This document shows positions 12,101 to 25,084 of a stretch of 64,000 nucleotides of DNA, piece by piece. The notes under the pieces were generated by a model that searched no databases, had not been told where the DNA came from, and saw only the letters and a program-made list of their open reading frames with translations. Positions within the stretch are counted from its first letter, which is position 1; each line of letters begins with the position of its first letter. The position numbers were made by a program, and so were the translations under genes. Source of the DNA: Anaeramoeba ignava BMAN. Its lineage: Eukaryota > Protista > Anaeramoebae. The stretch lies in contig JAPDFW010000090.1 in NCBI GenBank assembly GCA_028826165.1, positions 225,783-289,782 on the forward strand, in the 5' to 3' direction.

Positions 12101-15100
12101 CAATCCAATCAAAGATCCAAGTTATTTTTTGAGTTCAAAATTATTTGATTTTGAAATTGTTGGAACAAGAGAATTTCAAGATGTGGAGTTTGTTTATCAA
12201 TCAAGTTCTTCAGAAAGAAATCTTGTTTCGATTGTGATTAGAATTGTTCTTTCTCAAGTCTTTTTTAATACAACTCCTTTTCTTGTATTTGATGAACCAA
12301 TGGCAACTTTGGATTCTGAACAACAATTAAAATTAATTGATCTTTTTAATACAATTTTATTTGAAAAGAAAGAAGAATTCGAAAATGCCTTCCAATTAAT
12401 ATTAATCACTCACAACAAACGATTTATTGAGCAAATGGTTCGCTTTCCAAATTGTCGATGGCAAGGATTTATTGTTGAGAAGAATAATTCTATGATTAGT
12501 GAAATGAAAAGGCTTGTTTTGTTTCCAAATTGGATAAGCCACAATATGAATTTTGGAGAAAATAGAAATCAGAAAAATTCCACCAAAAAACAAGATATAG
12601 ATTTCTTATCAACTTGGAAAAATTATGAGAAAAAAAGAAATTCCAAAACAATCAGAAAATTAGATTATGAAGACAATGTAATTGAGTTTGAAATTGAAGA
12701 TGAGGATGAGAATTTTGATCTAATTCAAAATGAAAATCAAATTTTAAATGAAAATGAAATTTTAAATGAAAATGAAAATCAATATCAAAATTTAAATCAA
12801 ATTTTAAATCAAATTGAATATCAAAATCAAAATCAAAATCAAAATGAATATCAAAGTGAAAATGAAAATGAAAATGAAAATGAATATCAAAGTGAAAATG
12901 AATATCAAAGTGAAAATGAATATCAAAGTGAAAATCAAAGTGAAAATCAAAATGAAAATGAAAATCAAAATGAAAATCAAAATGAAAATCAAAATGAAAA
13001 TCAAAATGAGAATCAAAGTGAAAATCAAAATGAATATCAAAATCAAAATGAAAATCAAAATCAAAATCAAAATGAAAATCAAACTGAAAATCAAAATGAA
13101 AATCAAATTGAAATTGGATATCAAAATGAAAATCAAAATGAAAATCAAACTGAAAATCAAAATGAAAATCAAATTGAAATTGAATATCAAAATCAAAATG
13201 AATATCAAAATTTAAATCAAATTGAAATTGAAAATCAAATTGAAATTGAAAATCAAAATGAAAATGAATATCAAAATGAAAATGAATATCAAAATGAATT
13301 TGAATATCAAATTGAAATTGAGAATGAAAATAAAAATCAAAATGAAAATGAAAATAAAATTGAATATCAAGATGAAAATGAAAATGAAAATGAAAATGAA
13401 AATAAAATTAAATATCAAAATCAAATTGAATATCAAATTGAAATTGAAAATGAAATCCAAATCCAAAAAGAAAATCAAATTGAAAATTTACTTAAAAACC
13501 AAATTGAAAATTTACTTGAAAATCGATATATAAATGATTCTGATTTAAAAAACATGAATCAAAACCAAAACCAAAATCAAAATGAATATGAAAACCAAAA
13601 TCAAAACCAAAATCAAATTGAATATCAAAATCAAAATCAAAATCAAAATGAAAACCAAAATAAAAATGAATATCAAAATCAAAATCAAAATGAAAATCAA
13701 TATCAAAATCAAAATGAAAACCAAAATGAAAATCAATATCAAATTGAAAACCAAAATCAATATCAAAATCAAAATGAAAATCAATATCAAAATCAAAATG
13801 AAAACCAAAATGAAAACCAATATCAAAATGAAAACCAAAATCAATATCAAAATCAAAATCAAAATGAAAACCAAAATCAATATCAAAATCAAAATCAAAA
13901 TCAAAATCAAAATGAATATGAAAACCAATATCAAAATGAAAACCAAAATCAATATCAAAATCAAAATCAAAATCAAAATCAAAATCAAAATCAAAATGAA
14001 TATGAAAACCAAAATGAAAACCAAAATCAAAATCAAAATCAAAACCAAAATCAAAATCAATATCAAATTGAATATCAAAATCAAAATCAAAACCAAAATG
14101 AAAACCAAAATGAAAACCAATATCAAAATCAAAATCAAAATCAAAACCAAAATCAAAATCAATATCAAAATCAATATCAAAATCAAAATCAATATCAAAA
14201 TGAAAATCAAAATCAAAATCAAAACCAAAATCAAAATCAAATTCAAATTGAATATCAAAATCAAAATCAAAATCAAAATGAAAACCAAAATCAAAACCAA
14301 TATCAAATTGAATATCAAAATCAATATCAAAACCAAAATGAATATGAAAACCAAAATCAAAATCAAAACCAAATTGAATATCAAAATCAAAATCAAAATC
14401 AAAACCAAAATCAAATTGAAATTGAATATCAAAATCAAAACAAAATTGAAAATTTGGACTTAAATCAAAATAATTCAAATAGAAAAGATAATCCTCTTTC
14501 GAATTATCAAATTGAAAAGCTTGATGATAACTTAAATGATTTGGATATTTTCGAAAATTCGAATGAATTAGACTTTGAAGATTTAGAAAAACAACAAAAA
14601 CAAAATTTAAATCAAAAACAAAATTTAAATGAAAAACAAAATTTAAATGAAAAACTAAATTTAAATCAAAAACAAAATTTAAATCAAAAACAAAATTTAA
14701 ATGAAAAACAAAATTTAAATGAAAAACAAAATTTAAATCAAAAACAAAATTTAAATCAAAAACTAAATTTAAATCAAAAACAAAATTTAAATGAAAAACA
14801 AAAATTAAATCAAAAACAAAATTTAAATCAAAAACAAAATTTAGATGAAAAACAAAAATTAAATGAAAAACAAAATTTAAATCAAAAACAAAATTTAAAT
14901 CAAAAACAAAATTTAAATGAAAAACAAAATTTAAATGAAAAACAAAATTTAAATCAAAAACAAAATTTAAATGAAAAACAAAATTTAAATGAAAAACAAA
15001 ATTATTATCCAAATGAAAACCAATATCAATATCATTTAAATAAATATTTAAATCAAAATCAAAATCAAAATCAAAATCAAAATCTAAATCTAAATCAAAA

Positions 15101-15491
15101 TCAATACCAAAATCAATATCAAAATCAATATCAATATTTAAATCAAAATCAATATCCAAATTTAAATCTAAACCCAAATGCTTTTACAACCAATTTACTT
15201 ACAAATCCAAATCTAAACCTAAATCAATATTCAAATTCAGATCCAATAACAAATCCAAATCAATATACAAATTCACAAAATCAATCACAAAACTTAAATG
15301 AATATCGATATTTATTTTCAAATCAAAATCAAAATCAAAATCAAAATCAATATCCAAATCAAAATCAAAATGAATATCAATATTTATATTCAAGTCAAAA
15401 CCAAAATCAATATCCAAATCAATATCCAAATCCATATCAAAATCAATATCAATATCGAAATCGATATTCAAATAATCGGAAACGATACTAA
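9192..15491 (+). CDS. Rad50/SbcC-like SMC-family ABC ATPase with coiled coils and a ~1000-aa N/Q/E/Y low-complexity tail (frame breaks at ~9870 and ~11020)
   Basis: LKYLTFSGFRSF...PLTIIYGKNQSGKST (Walker A), IIFPKQES (Q-loop), long coiled coil, degenerate signature QSSSSER, FLVFDEPMATLD (Walker B/D-loop) and LILITHN (H-loop). The break at ~9870 fits a one-A homopolymer deletion. The break at ~11020 fits a phase-0 intron 11018-11087 or an indel. Confidence 0.8.
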
Positions 15492-15570
15492 AAAAAATTT
15501 TTAATTTTAATTTTAATTTTTAATTTTCTTTTTAATAATAATAAAAAAAAAAGAAAACATTAAATGAAAT

Positions 15571-16638
15571 TCAAAAGCATTTTTTATAGCAAATTGATTC
15601 ACCATATTCCGAATATTCAGATTTATCAATCCAATCTGTACTTCTCAACACTTTGGAAGCAACAAAAGAACCACCAATCCAAACTAAATTTTCATTAGAT
15701 TTTTGAGCATCAATATTGAAAGTAAGTGATTTTGAAGTTAAAAGAGGTAATTCTTGAGATAACCTTTCTTTTAATCCATGAATTTGACTTGATCCTCCAA
15801 ACAAAAGAATATTTTCAAATAGTTTTTTTCTTGATAAAAGAGGAGATTTTTTGTCAATTGAAATGTGAAGAAGTTTTTGGATTCCAAAATTATTAATTCC
15901 ATAAAGTTGCGGATTAAATAAGATTTCCGCGCACTTTGAATTTTCATCATTCCAATCAATACGAATTTCAGGATGTTCTTGAAACAAAGCTTGTTTTTTT
16001 GTGATATTTCCAAGAAGAAAATTTGACGAGTCAAAATTATTGCTTTCCAAAAAAGCAAATTTTTCTTTTGCCTTCCTTATAAAAGCACTTAAAGATTTTT
16101 GCTGAGCCAAATTTTTATTTTGACTATTTTCCATCAATAATTGAAACAAATATTGGTCAATATCCCAACCACCAATTTCTAGTCTTTTGATTGAATTGGG
16201 GAAGATTTTCTCATCAAAAATAGGAACAATTGAAATTGTGTCAAATCCTAAATTAACTGAAACTCCAGTTGTTTTTCCTGATCCATATAAAGCAAGAACA
16301 TTTTGAATGGCAAAAAATGCTTTTTGAAACTGGAATTTTTCAAATAAAATTTCTGCCTTCACAAATCGATTTTGAATTGGTTCAAGTGGTGATTCTGAGA
16401 CTAATATTTTGTGTGTTTGTGGATCGATTTGCATTTTATTTTTGAATATTTCTGTCCATGTTTGTTCTATATAATCCCAATCTTGGAATATTCCTTTAGG
16501 AATTAAATTTGAAAATTTTTGTGGGATTGTTGATTCTGATTCTATTGTAAAATTTGGTGTTAAATTTCCTGGAAATCCTGCTCTTATTTGATATTTTCCA
16601 TCATCGATAACAATAATATTATTTTCTTCATTTAACAT
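15571..16638 (-). CDS. Divergent actin-related protein (355 aa), subdomain 2 largely deleted
   Basis: IVIDDGKYQIRAGF, ILVSESPL, QNVLALYGSGKTTG, GGWDIDQYL, NILLFGGSS, VWIGGS and C-terminal KKCF; intronless. Confidence 0.9.
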   Translation of the reverse strand: MLNEENNIIVIDDGKYQIRAGFPGNLTPNFTIESESTIPQKFSNLIPKGIFQDWDYIEQTWTEIFKNKMQIDPQTHKILVSESPLEPIQNRFVKAEILFEKFQFQKAFFAIQNVLALYGSGKTTGVSVNLGFDTISIVPIFDEKIFPNSIKRLEIGGWDIDQYLFQLLMENSQNKNLAQQKSLSAFIRKAKEKFAFLESNNFDSSNFLLGNITKKQALFQEHPEIRIDWNDENSKCAEILFNPQLYGINNFGIQKLLHISIDKKSPLLSRKKLFENILLFGGSSQIHGLKERLSQELPLLTSKSLTFNIDAQKSNENLVWIGGSFVASKVLRSTDWIDKSEYSEYGESICYKKCF

Positions 16639-16721
16639 TATTTTTAATATAAAAAGAAAAAAATGAAAAATGAAAAAAAAATGAAAAAATTTTTTTTCTT
16701 TTTCAAATTTTATTTTTGAAT

Positions 16722-17590
16722 TTGATTTAAAATTGATTTAAAATTGATTTAAAATTGATTTAAAATTGATTTAAAATTGATTTAAAATTGATTTAAAATT
16801 GATTTAAAATTGATTTAAAATTGATATAAAATTGATATAAAATTGATATAAAATTAATATAAAATTAATTTAAAATTGATTTAAAATTGATATAAAATTG
16901 ATATAAAATTGATTTAAAATTGATTTAAAATTGATATAAAATTGATATAAAATTGATTTAAAATTGATATAAAATTGATTTAAAATTGATTTAAAATTGA
17001 TTTAAAATTGATTTAAAATTGATATAAAATTGATATAAAATTGATTTAAAATTGATATAAAATTGATATAAAATTGATTTAAAATTGATTTAAAATTAAT
17101 TTAAAATTGATATAAAATTGATTTAAAATTGATTTAAAATTGATATAAAATTAATATAAAATTGATATAAAATTGATTTAAAATTAATATAAAATTGATT
17201 TAAAATTAATATAAAATTAATTTAAAATTGATATAAAATTAATATAAAATTAATATAAAATTGATATAAAATTGATATAAAATTGATTTAAAATTGATAT
17301 AAAATTGATTTAAAATTGATTTAAAATTGATATAAAATTGATTTAAAATTGATTTAAAATTGATTTAAAATTGATTTAAAATTGATATAAAATTGATATA
17401 AAATTGATTTAAAATTGATTTAAAATTGATATAAAATTGATATAAAATTGATATAAAATTGATATAAAATTAATATAAAATTGATTTAAAATTGATATAA
17501 AATTGATTTAAAATTGATTTAAAATTGATTTAAAATTGATTTAAAATTGATATAAAATTGATATAAAATTGATTTAAAATTGATTTAAAA
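16722..17590. repeat. 11-bp satellite (AAAATTGATTT / AAAATTGATAT / AAAATTAATAT), left block
   Basis: Direct reading; ~78 units. Confidence 0.95.
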
Positions 17591-17595
17591 GAAAA

Positions 17596-20500
17596 TCATT
17601 TCTTTAGGAAGTTTTGGATATTTGGAAAAATGTTCATTGATTGTTTAAGAAGTGAAATTCCATTCAATTTAATAATTCTTTTTTGGTTTTCTTTTTTTTT
17701 TTGAAAAGAAAAAGCAAAGAAAATTAATAAATTTGATTTGAATTTGATTTTTGAATTATTTACCTTTATTCTGAGAAGCGAGATTCCATAAAGCCGAAGA
17801 TCCTTGCATTTGAATTTGTGGATTATTTGGAAATTTATTAACTGCGTTTATAATAGCTTCAATTCCATTTAATTTTGGAATTTCAATTCGATTTTCTTTT
17901 TTTTATAAATTTGATTTTGATTTATTTTGATTTTGATTTTGATTTTGATTTTGATTTATTTTGATTTTGATTTTGAATTTGATTTTGATTTTAATTTTGA
18001 TTTTGATTTTGATTTTGATTTTGATTTTGATTTTAATTTTGATTTTAATTTTGATTTTGATTTTGATTTTGATTTTGATTTTGATTTTGATTTTGATTTT
18101 GATTTTGATTTTGATTTTGGTTTTGAATTTGAATTTGGTTTTGGTTTTGATTTTGATTTTGATTTTGGTTTTAATTTTGATTTTGGTTTTAATTTTGATT
18201 TTGATTTTGATTTTTTGGATTATTTACCTTCATTTGCAGCAAGATTCTTTAAACCTCCACATCCATGAAGTTGGATTCCTTCATTATCTGGAAAACGATT
18301 CATTGCATTTATAATGGGTTGAATTCCATTTAATTTTCGAATTTCAATTCGATTTGCTTTTTTTTATAATTTTAATTTTGATTTTGATTTTAATTTTGAT
18401 TTTGATTTTGATTTTGATATTCATTTTTTAGTTACGTTCATTATTAGCAAAATTCCATAAAGCTCCACATGCATGATATTGAACATCTGAATCATTTGGG
18501 AAATTATTTATTGCATCGATAACAGGTTGAATACCATTTAATTTTCGAATGATATTCTTATTTTCTTTTAAATTTTGATATTGATATTGATATTTATATT
18601 GATATTTATATTTATATTTGATATTGATATTGATATTGATATTGATATTGATATTGATATTTATATTTATATTGATATTGATATTGATATTGATATTGAT
18701 ATTGATATTGATATTGATATTGATATTGATATTGATATTGATATTGATATTGATATTTATATTGATATTGATATTGATATTGATATTTATATTGATATTT
18801 ATATTGATATTTATATTGATATTTATATTTATATTGATATTGATATTGATATTGATATTGATATTGATATTGATATTGATATTGATATTGATATTGATTT
18901 TGATATTGATTTTGATATTGATATTGATTTTGATATTGATATTGATTTTGATTTTGATTTTGATTTTGATTTTGATTTTGATTTAAATTACTAAAATCAG
19001 CACAAATATTCCCTACAGCTCCACATCCATGATATTGAACTAATTGGTTATTTGGGAAATTATTCATTGTTTTTATAAGAGTTTGAAGTCCTTTTAATTT
19101 TTGAATTTCAACTGGATTTCCTTTTAATTTCCAATTTTTAATTTTTTTATAGAATTAATAAATCTGAAATTAAATTTCATTTTGGAAATATTGGAAAATA
19201 AAAACAAATTACTTTCATTTTCTGCTGAAATCATTTGTAAAAGATAGCATCCAAATTCTTGAATATCTTGACTGAATGAAAATTCTTCCATAGTATCAAT
19301 TATTTCTTTTATAGAATCTTTAAATTTTGAATTTAAATTTTAATTTTGATTTTAATTTTGATTTTAATTTTGGTTTTGATTTTAATTTTGATTTTGATTT
19401 TAATTTTGATTTTGATTTTGATTTTGAATTTTGGTTTTGATTTTGATTTTGATTTTGAATTTTGATTTTGATTTTGATTTTGATTTTTATTTTAATTTTG
19501 ATTTTGATTTTGATTTTAATTTTGATTTTGATTTTGATTTAAATTCAAATCACCTTTTTTTAATTCAGAAATACGAGTTGTAAATTTTAAGAAAGTTTGC
19601 TTTGCTTTTTCTGTAACATTTGAATCTAGTTCAGATTGAATTTGCTTAATTTTATTTTTCTCTTTTTGTTGAATAGGTCGTTTAATTTGATTAATTTCTT
19701 GATCTTTTTCTTGAATAGATTCCATGAGTTGATTAATTTCTTGGTTTTTTTGTTTGATTATTTCAGTTTGTTCTGTTTGAGTTTTTTGAATTTTTTCATT
19801 TTCTTCTTTAATTTTTTGATTTTCTTCTTTAATTTTTTCATTTTCTTCTTTAAGTTTTTCATTTTCTTCTTTAATTTTTTGATTTTCTTCTTGAAGTTTT
19901 TGATTTTTTTGAAACATTAATCTAAGTTGATCAGTTGAAGGTAAAAATGGATTGTTTTCAGTTTTTGAATTAGATGTAATAAGTTGAGCATTCTTTATAC
20001 TATCAACGATATAATAAAAATCATTAATATCTTCTGGAATTTGTTGGATTTGAATTGGATCAATATATTCTTCTTTGTTTATTAAATTTTTATTGGTTTT
20101 TTTAAATTTTTCCTTCCAATCTCGCGATAATTTCCAAATTAAATCAATCTTGTTTTCTTTTGGTGTTGATTGAATGAATTCAATAATATTTCTTAATTCT
20201 TTATTATTAATTTCTCCAATTTCGTCATTTAGAATAATTTGGTCAATGTTTTCCTTAATGAACTTTTCGCAGATACTGGAAAGATAATTTGATTCAATTA
20301 AAATACTTTTCAAATAAATAACAATAGCGTTTTTTGCGTTAATTTTTTGCGAAACTTCCTTTTCAATTTTGATTCTTAAACTCGACAATTTAAAAAATTT
20401 TGCGACTTCAAAATATTTTTCAAAATTGTTTGAATTGAATTTAAATTCTGATCCGTAAAAAAAAGAAATGATTGGTTCAACAACATCATATTCAAATTTT

Positions 20501-21012
20501 GGAAGATATAATTCATCCATATCTGCTTTTTCATGGTTTTTTTCATAAAAAAATCTTGATCTTGAATTTAATATATTTTTATGACAAGGAATTTTTTGAT
20601 TGATTTCTCCAGCATAAATTATAAAATCGCAATTTTCTTCGTTTTGGAACATTGTTTTATAATTTGAAAGAAGTTCATAAATTAAAAATTTATTGAGTTC
20701 TTGAAGAGGAAATTGATATAATTTTGATATTTCAATTTTTCGTGGTTTTTTATCAAAATAAATTTTTTGGATTTGATTTAAATTGAAATTTTGATTTTGA
20801 TTTTGATTTTGATTTTGAATTTGAATTTGATTTTGAAAAAACATTTGATTTTGTTTTTCAAATAAATCTTCAATTTGAATTTGAATTTGATTTTGAATTT
20901 GATTTCGGATTTGCAGTAAATTTTTATTTTGATTTTGGAACATATCTTGAATTTGCATTTTAAGACTTTTAGGGTTCTTTTTTAATTTAGTTTTGTTTGA
21001 AGAATTATCCAT
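17596..21012 (-). CDS. BTB/BACK - coiled coil - Armadillo-repeat protein (725 aa, 7 exons)
   Basis: Exons 21012-19554, 19317-19213, 19120-18992, 18564-18436, 18356-18228, 17895-17764 and 17690-17596 splice in frame. BTB: CDFIIYAG...IPCHKNILNSRSRFF. ARM units such as NRIEIRKLNGIQPIINAMNRFPDNEGIQLHGCGGLKNLAANE. Confidence 0.88.
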
Positions 21013-21019
21013 TATTTCT

Positions 21020-21095
21020 TTTTGAATGAAATTAAATGAAAAAATGAAAAAATGAAAAAATGAAAAAATGAAAAAATGAAAAAATGAAAAAAAAA
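21020..21095 (-). promoter_or_regulatory. Tandem TCATTTTT initiator-like motifs (x7) upstream of the BTB-ARM gene
   Basis: Plus strand (TGAAAAAA)n. The same motif precedes every start codon in the window. Confidence 0.6.
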
Positions 21096-21144
21096 TTTTT
21101 TTGTTTTTGATCAAATGTAATTTAACATAAAATTAAATTTAGAA

Positions 21145-23765
21145 TTTAAAATTGATATAAAATTGATTTAAAATTGATATAAAATTGATTTAAAATTGAT
21201 TTAAAATTGATATAAAATTGATTTAAAATTAATATAAAATTGATTTAAAATTGATTTAAAATTGATTTAAAATTGATTTAAAATTGATATAAAATTGAAT
21301 TAAAATTGATTTAAAATTGATATAAAATTAATATAAAATTGATTTAAAATTGATATAAAATTGATTTAAAATTGATATAAAATTGATTTAAAATTGATTT
21401 AAAATTGATTTAAAATTGATTTAAAATTAATATAAAATTGATTTAAAATTAATATAAAATTGATATAAAATTGATTAAAATTTTAAAATTGATATAAAAT
21501 TGATATAAAATTGATATAAAATTGATTTAAAATTGATATAAAATTGATTTAAAATTGATATAAAATTGATTTAAAATTGATTTAAAATTGATATAAAATT
21601 GATATAAAATTGATTTAGAATTGATTTAAAATTGATATAAAATTAATATAAAATTAATATAAAATTGATATAAAATTGATATAAAATTGATATAAAATTG
21701 AATTAAAATTGATTTAAAATTGATATAAAATTAATATAAAATTGATTTTAAAATTGATATAAAAATTGATTTAAAATTAATATAAAATTGATATAAAATT
21801 GATTTAAAATTAATATAAAATTAATATAAAATTGATTTAAAATTTATTTAAAAATTAATATAAAATTGATTTAAAATTGATATAAAATTGATATAAAAAT
21901 TGATTTAAAAATTGATATAAAATTGATATAAAATTGATTTAAAATTGATTTAAAATTGATATAAAATTGATATAAAATTGATTTAGAATTGATTTAAAAT
22001 TGATATAAAATTAATATAAAATTGATATAAAATTGATATAAAATTGATATAAAATTGATATAGAATTAATATAAAATTGATTTAAAATTGATTTAAAATT
22101 AATATAAATTGGATATAAAATTGATATAAAATTGATATAAAATTGATATAAAATTAATATAAAATTGATTTAAAATTGATTTAAAAATTGATTTTAAAAT
22201 TGATTTAAAATTGATATAAAATTGATATAAAATTGATATAAAATTGATTTAAAATTGATTTAAAATTGATTTAAAATTGATATAAAATTGATATAAAATT
22301 GATATAAAATTGATTTAAAATTAATATAAAATTGATTTAAAATTGATTTAAAATTGATATAAAATTGATTTAAAATTGATATAAAATTGATTTAAAATTG
22401 ATTTAAAATTGATATAAAATTGATTTAAAAATTGATTTAAAATTGATTTAAAATTGATTTAAAATTGATATAAAAATTAATATAAAAATTAATATAAAAT
22501 TGATATAAAATTGATATAAAATTGATTTAAAATTGATTTAAAATTGATTTAAAATTGATTTAAAATTGATTTAAAATTGATATAAAATTGATTTAAAATT
22601 AATTTAAAATTAATATAAAATTGATTTAAAATTGATATAAAATTGATTTAAAATTAATTTAAAATTGATATAAAATTGATATAAAAATTGATTTAAAATT
22701 GATTTAAAATTAATTTTAAAATTGATTTAAAAATTGATATAAAATTGATTTAAAATTGATATAAAATTGATTTAAAATTGATATAAAATTGATATAAAAT
22801 TGATATAAAATTGATTTTAAAATTAATTTAAAATTGATTTAAAATTAATATAAAATTGATTTAAAATTAATATAAAATTGATATAAAATTGATATATAAA
22901 ATTAATTTAAAATTGATTTAAAATTGATTTAAAATTGATATAAAAATTAATATAAAATTGATTTAAAAATTGATATAAAAAATTTATTTAAAATTAATAT
23001 AAAATTGATTTAAAATTAATATAAAATTGATATAAAATTAATATAAAAATTGATATAAAATTGATTTAAAATTGATATAAAATTGATATAAAATTGATAT
23101 AAAATTGATATAAAAATTAATATAAAATTGATTTAAAATTGATATAAAATTGATTTAAAATTGATATAAAAATTGATTTAAAATTGATATAAAATTGATT
23201 TAAAATTAATTTAAAATTAATTTAAAATTGATATAAAATTGATTTAAAATTGATTTAAAATTAATATAAAAATTGATTTAAAATTAATATAAATTGATTT
23301 AAAAATTTATTTAAAATTGATATAAAAATTGATTTAAAATTGATATAAAATTGATTTAAAATTAATTTTAAAATTGATATAAAATTGATATAAAATTGAT
23401 ATAAAATTGATTTAAAATTGATATAAAATTGATATAAAATTGATTTAAAATTAATATAAAATTGATATAAAATTGATTTAAAATTGATTTAAAATTAATT
23501 TAAAATTGATTTAAAATTGATTTAAAATTGATTTAAAATTGATATAAAATTGATTTAAAATTGATTTAAAATTGATTTAAAATTGATTTAAAATTGATTT
23601 AAAATTAATTTAAAATTGATATAAAATTGATTTAAAATTGATATAAAATTTATTTAAAATTGATATAAAATTGATTTAAAATTGATATAAAATTGATATA
23701 AAATTGATATAAAATTGATATAAAATTGATTTAAAATTGATTTAAAATTGATATAAAATTGATTT
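21145..23765. repeat. 11-bp satellite, right block (same unit and orientation as 16722-17590)
   Basis: Direct reading; ~2.6 kb, ~235 units. Confidence 0.95.
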
Positions 23766-23820
23766 AATTTTGTTAATTTTTAATTTTTGATTTTTCATTT
23801 TTTCATTTTTTCATTTTTTC

Positions 23821-24999
23821 ATGAACATAAATCCCATTTCTAAATTTAATTTTGGAGATTTTTCAATTGAAAAAGACATTCAATCAATAATTATAGATAG
23901 TGGAGGAGATACAATAAAAGCAGGATTTGGAGGAGAAGATTTCCCAAGAATAATTTTCCCAACAGTAATAGGAAGACCCAAATCATATGGAGGAATGATG
24001 TTTGGAATGTATCAAAGAGATTCATTTGTTGGAGATGAAGCATTGAATAGAAGAATACAACCAATTTTAACATATCCATTACAAAATGGAATAATAACAA
24101 ATTGGGATGATATGGAAAAAATTTGGCATCATACCTTTTATAATGAATTAAGAGTTGCTCCTGAAGAACATCCTGTTTTATTAACTGAAAATCCTTTGAA
24201 TCCAAAAATAAATCGAGAGAAAATTATTCAAATCATGTTTGAAACATTTAATGTTCCATATTTTTATCTTGCAAATCAATCAGTTCTATCTCTTTATCAA
24301 TCAGCAAAAACATCAGGAATTGTTATTGAAATTGGTCATAGTGCTTCTTATTCTGTTCCTGTTTATGAAAATTTTGCTTTAAATCATTTTGTTACAAAAT
24401 CAAATTTATCTGGAAAAAATATAAATGAATATTTAATAAAAATGTTAAATGAAAAAGGTTATTCATTTTCATCATATTATAAAAGAGAAATTATTAAGGA
24501 TATTAAAGAAAAAATTTGTTATGTTGCTTTTGATTTTGATGAAGAAATTGAAATTTCAAATCAAAAAAAATCTTTTTTTCAAAAAGATTATGAAGTGAAT
24601 GATAACGAATTTATTCAAGTTGGAAATGAAAGATTTAAATGTAGTGAATGTTTATTCAAACCTTCTCTAATTGAAAGTGATGAGAAAGGAATCCATAACA
24701 TGATATATGATTCAATTATGAAATGTAATCAAGAAACCCAAAAAGATTTATTACAAAATATTGTTTTATCAGGAGGAACAACAATGATTCAAGGAATTGA
24801 AGAAAGAATACACAAAGAAATCAATAAATTATTACCTTTTGATACAAATTTGGAAATTATTTCATCTCCTGAAAGACAATATTCAAGTTGGATTGGAGGA
24901 TCAATTTTATCAACATTTCCTAATTTCGAAACAAATTGTATTTCAAAAGAAGAATATGATGAAATTGGACCTATAATGATTAATAGGAAATTATTTTGA
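23821..24999 (+). CDS. Divergent actin / actin-like protein, copy A (392 aa)
   Basis: WDDMEKIWHHTFYNELRVAPEEHPVLLTE, REKIIQIMFETFNVP, NIVLSGGTTM, PERQYSSWIGGSIL; intronless. Confidence 0.95.
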   Translation: MNINPISKFNFGDFSIEKDIQSIIIDSGGDTIKAGFGGEDFPRIIFPTVIGRPKSYGGMMFGMYQRDSFVGDEALNRRIQPILTYPLQNGIITNWDDMEKIWHHTFYNELRVAPEEHPVLLTENPLNPKINREKIIQIMFETFNVPYFYLANQSVLSLYQSAKTSGIVIEIGHSASYSVPVYENFALNHFVTKSNLSGKNINEYLIKMLNEKGYSFSSYYKREIIKDIKEKICYVAFDFDEEIEISNQKKSFFQKDYEVNDNEFIQVGNERFKCSECLFKPSLIESDEKGIHNMIYDSIMKCNQETQKDLLQNIVLSGGTTMIQGIEERIHKEINKLLPFDTNLEIISSPERQYSSWIGGSILSTFPNFETNCISKEEYDEIGPIMINRKLF

Positions 25000-25084
25000 A
25001 ATCAAAAATTTAAAATCCAAAAATCGAAAAAATATTTTTTCAACTTTTTATTTTTTTATTTTTCATTTTTCATTTTGAAATTTT

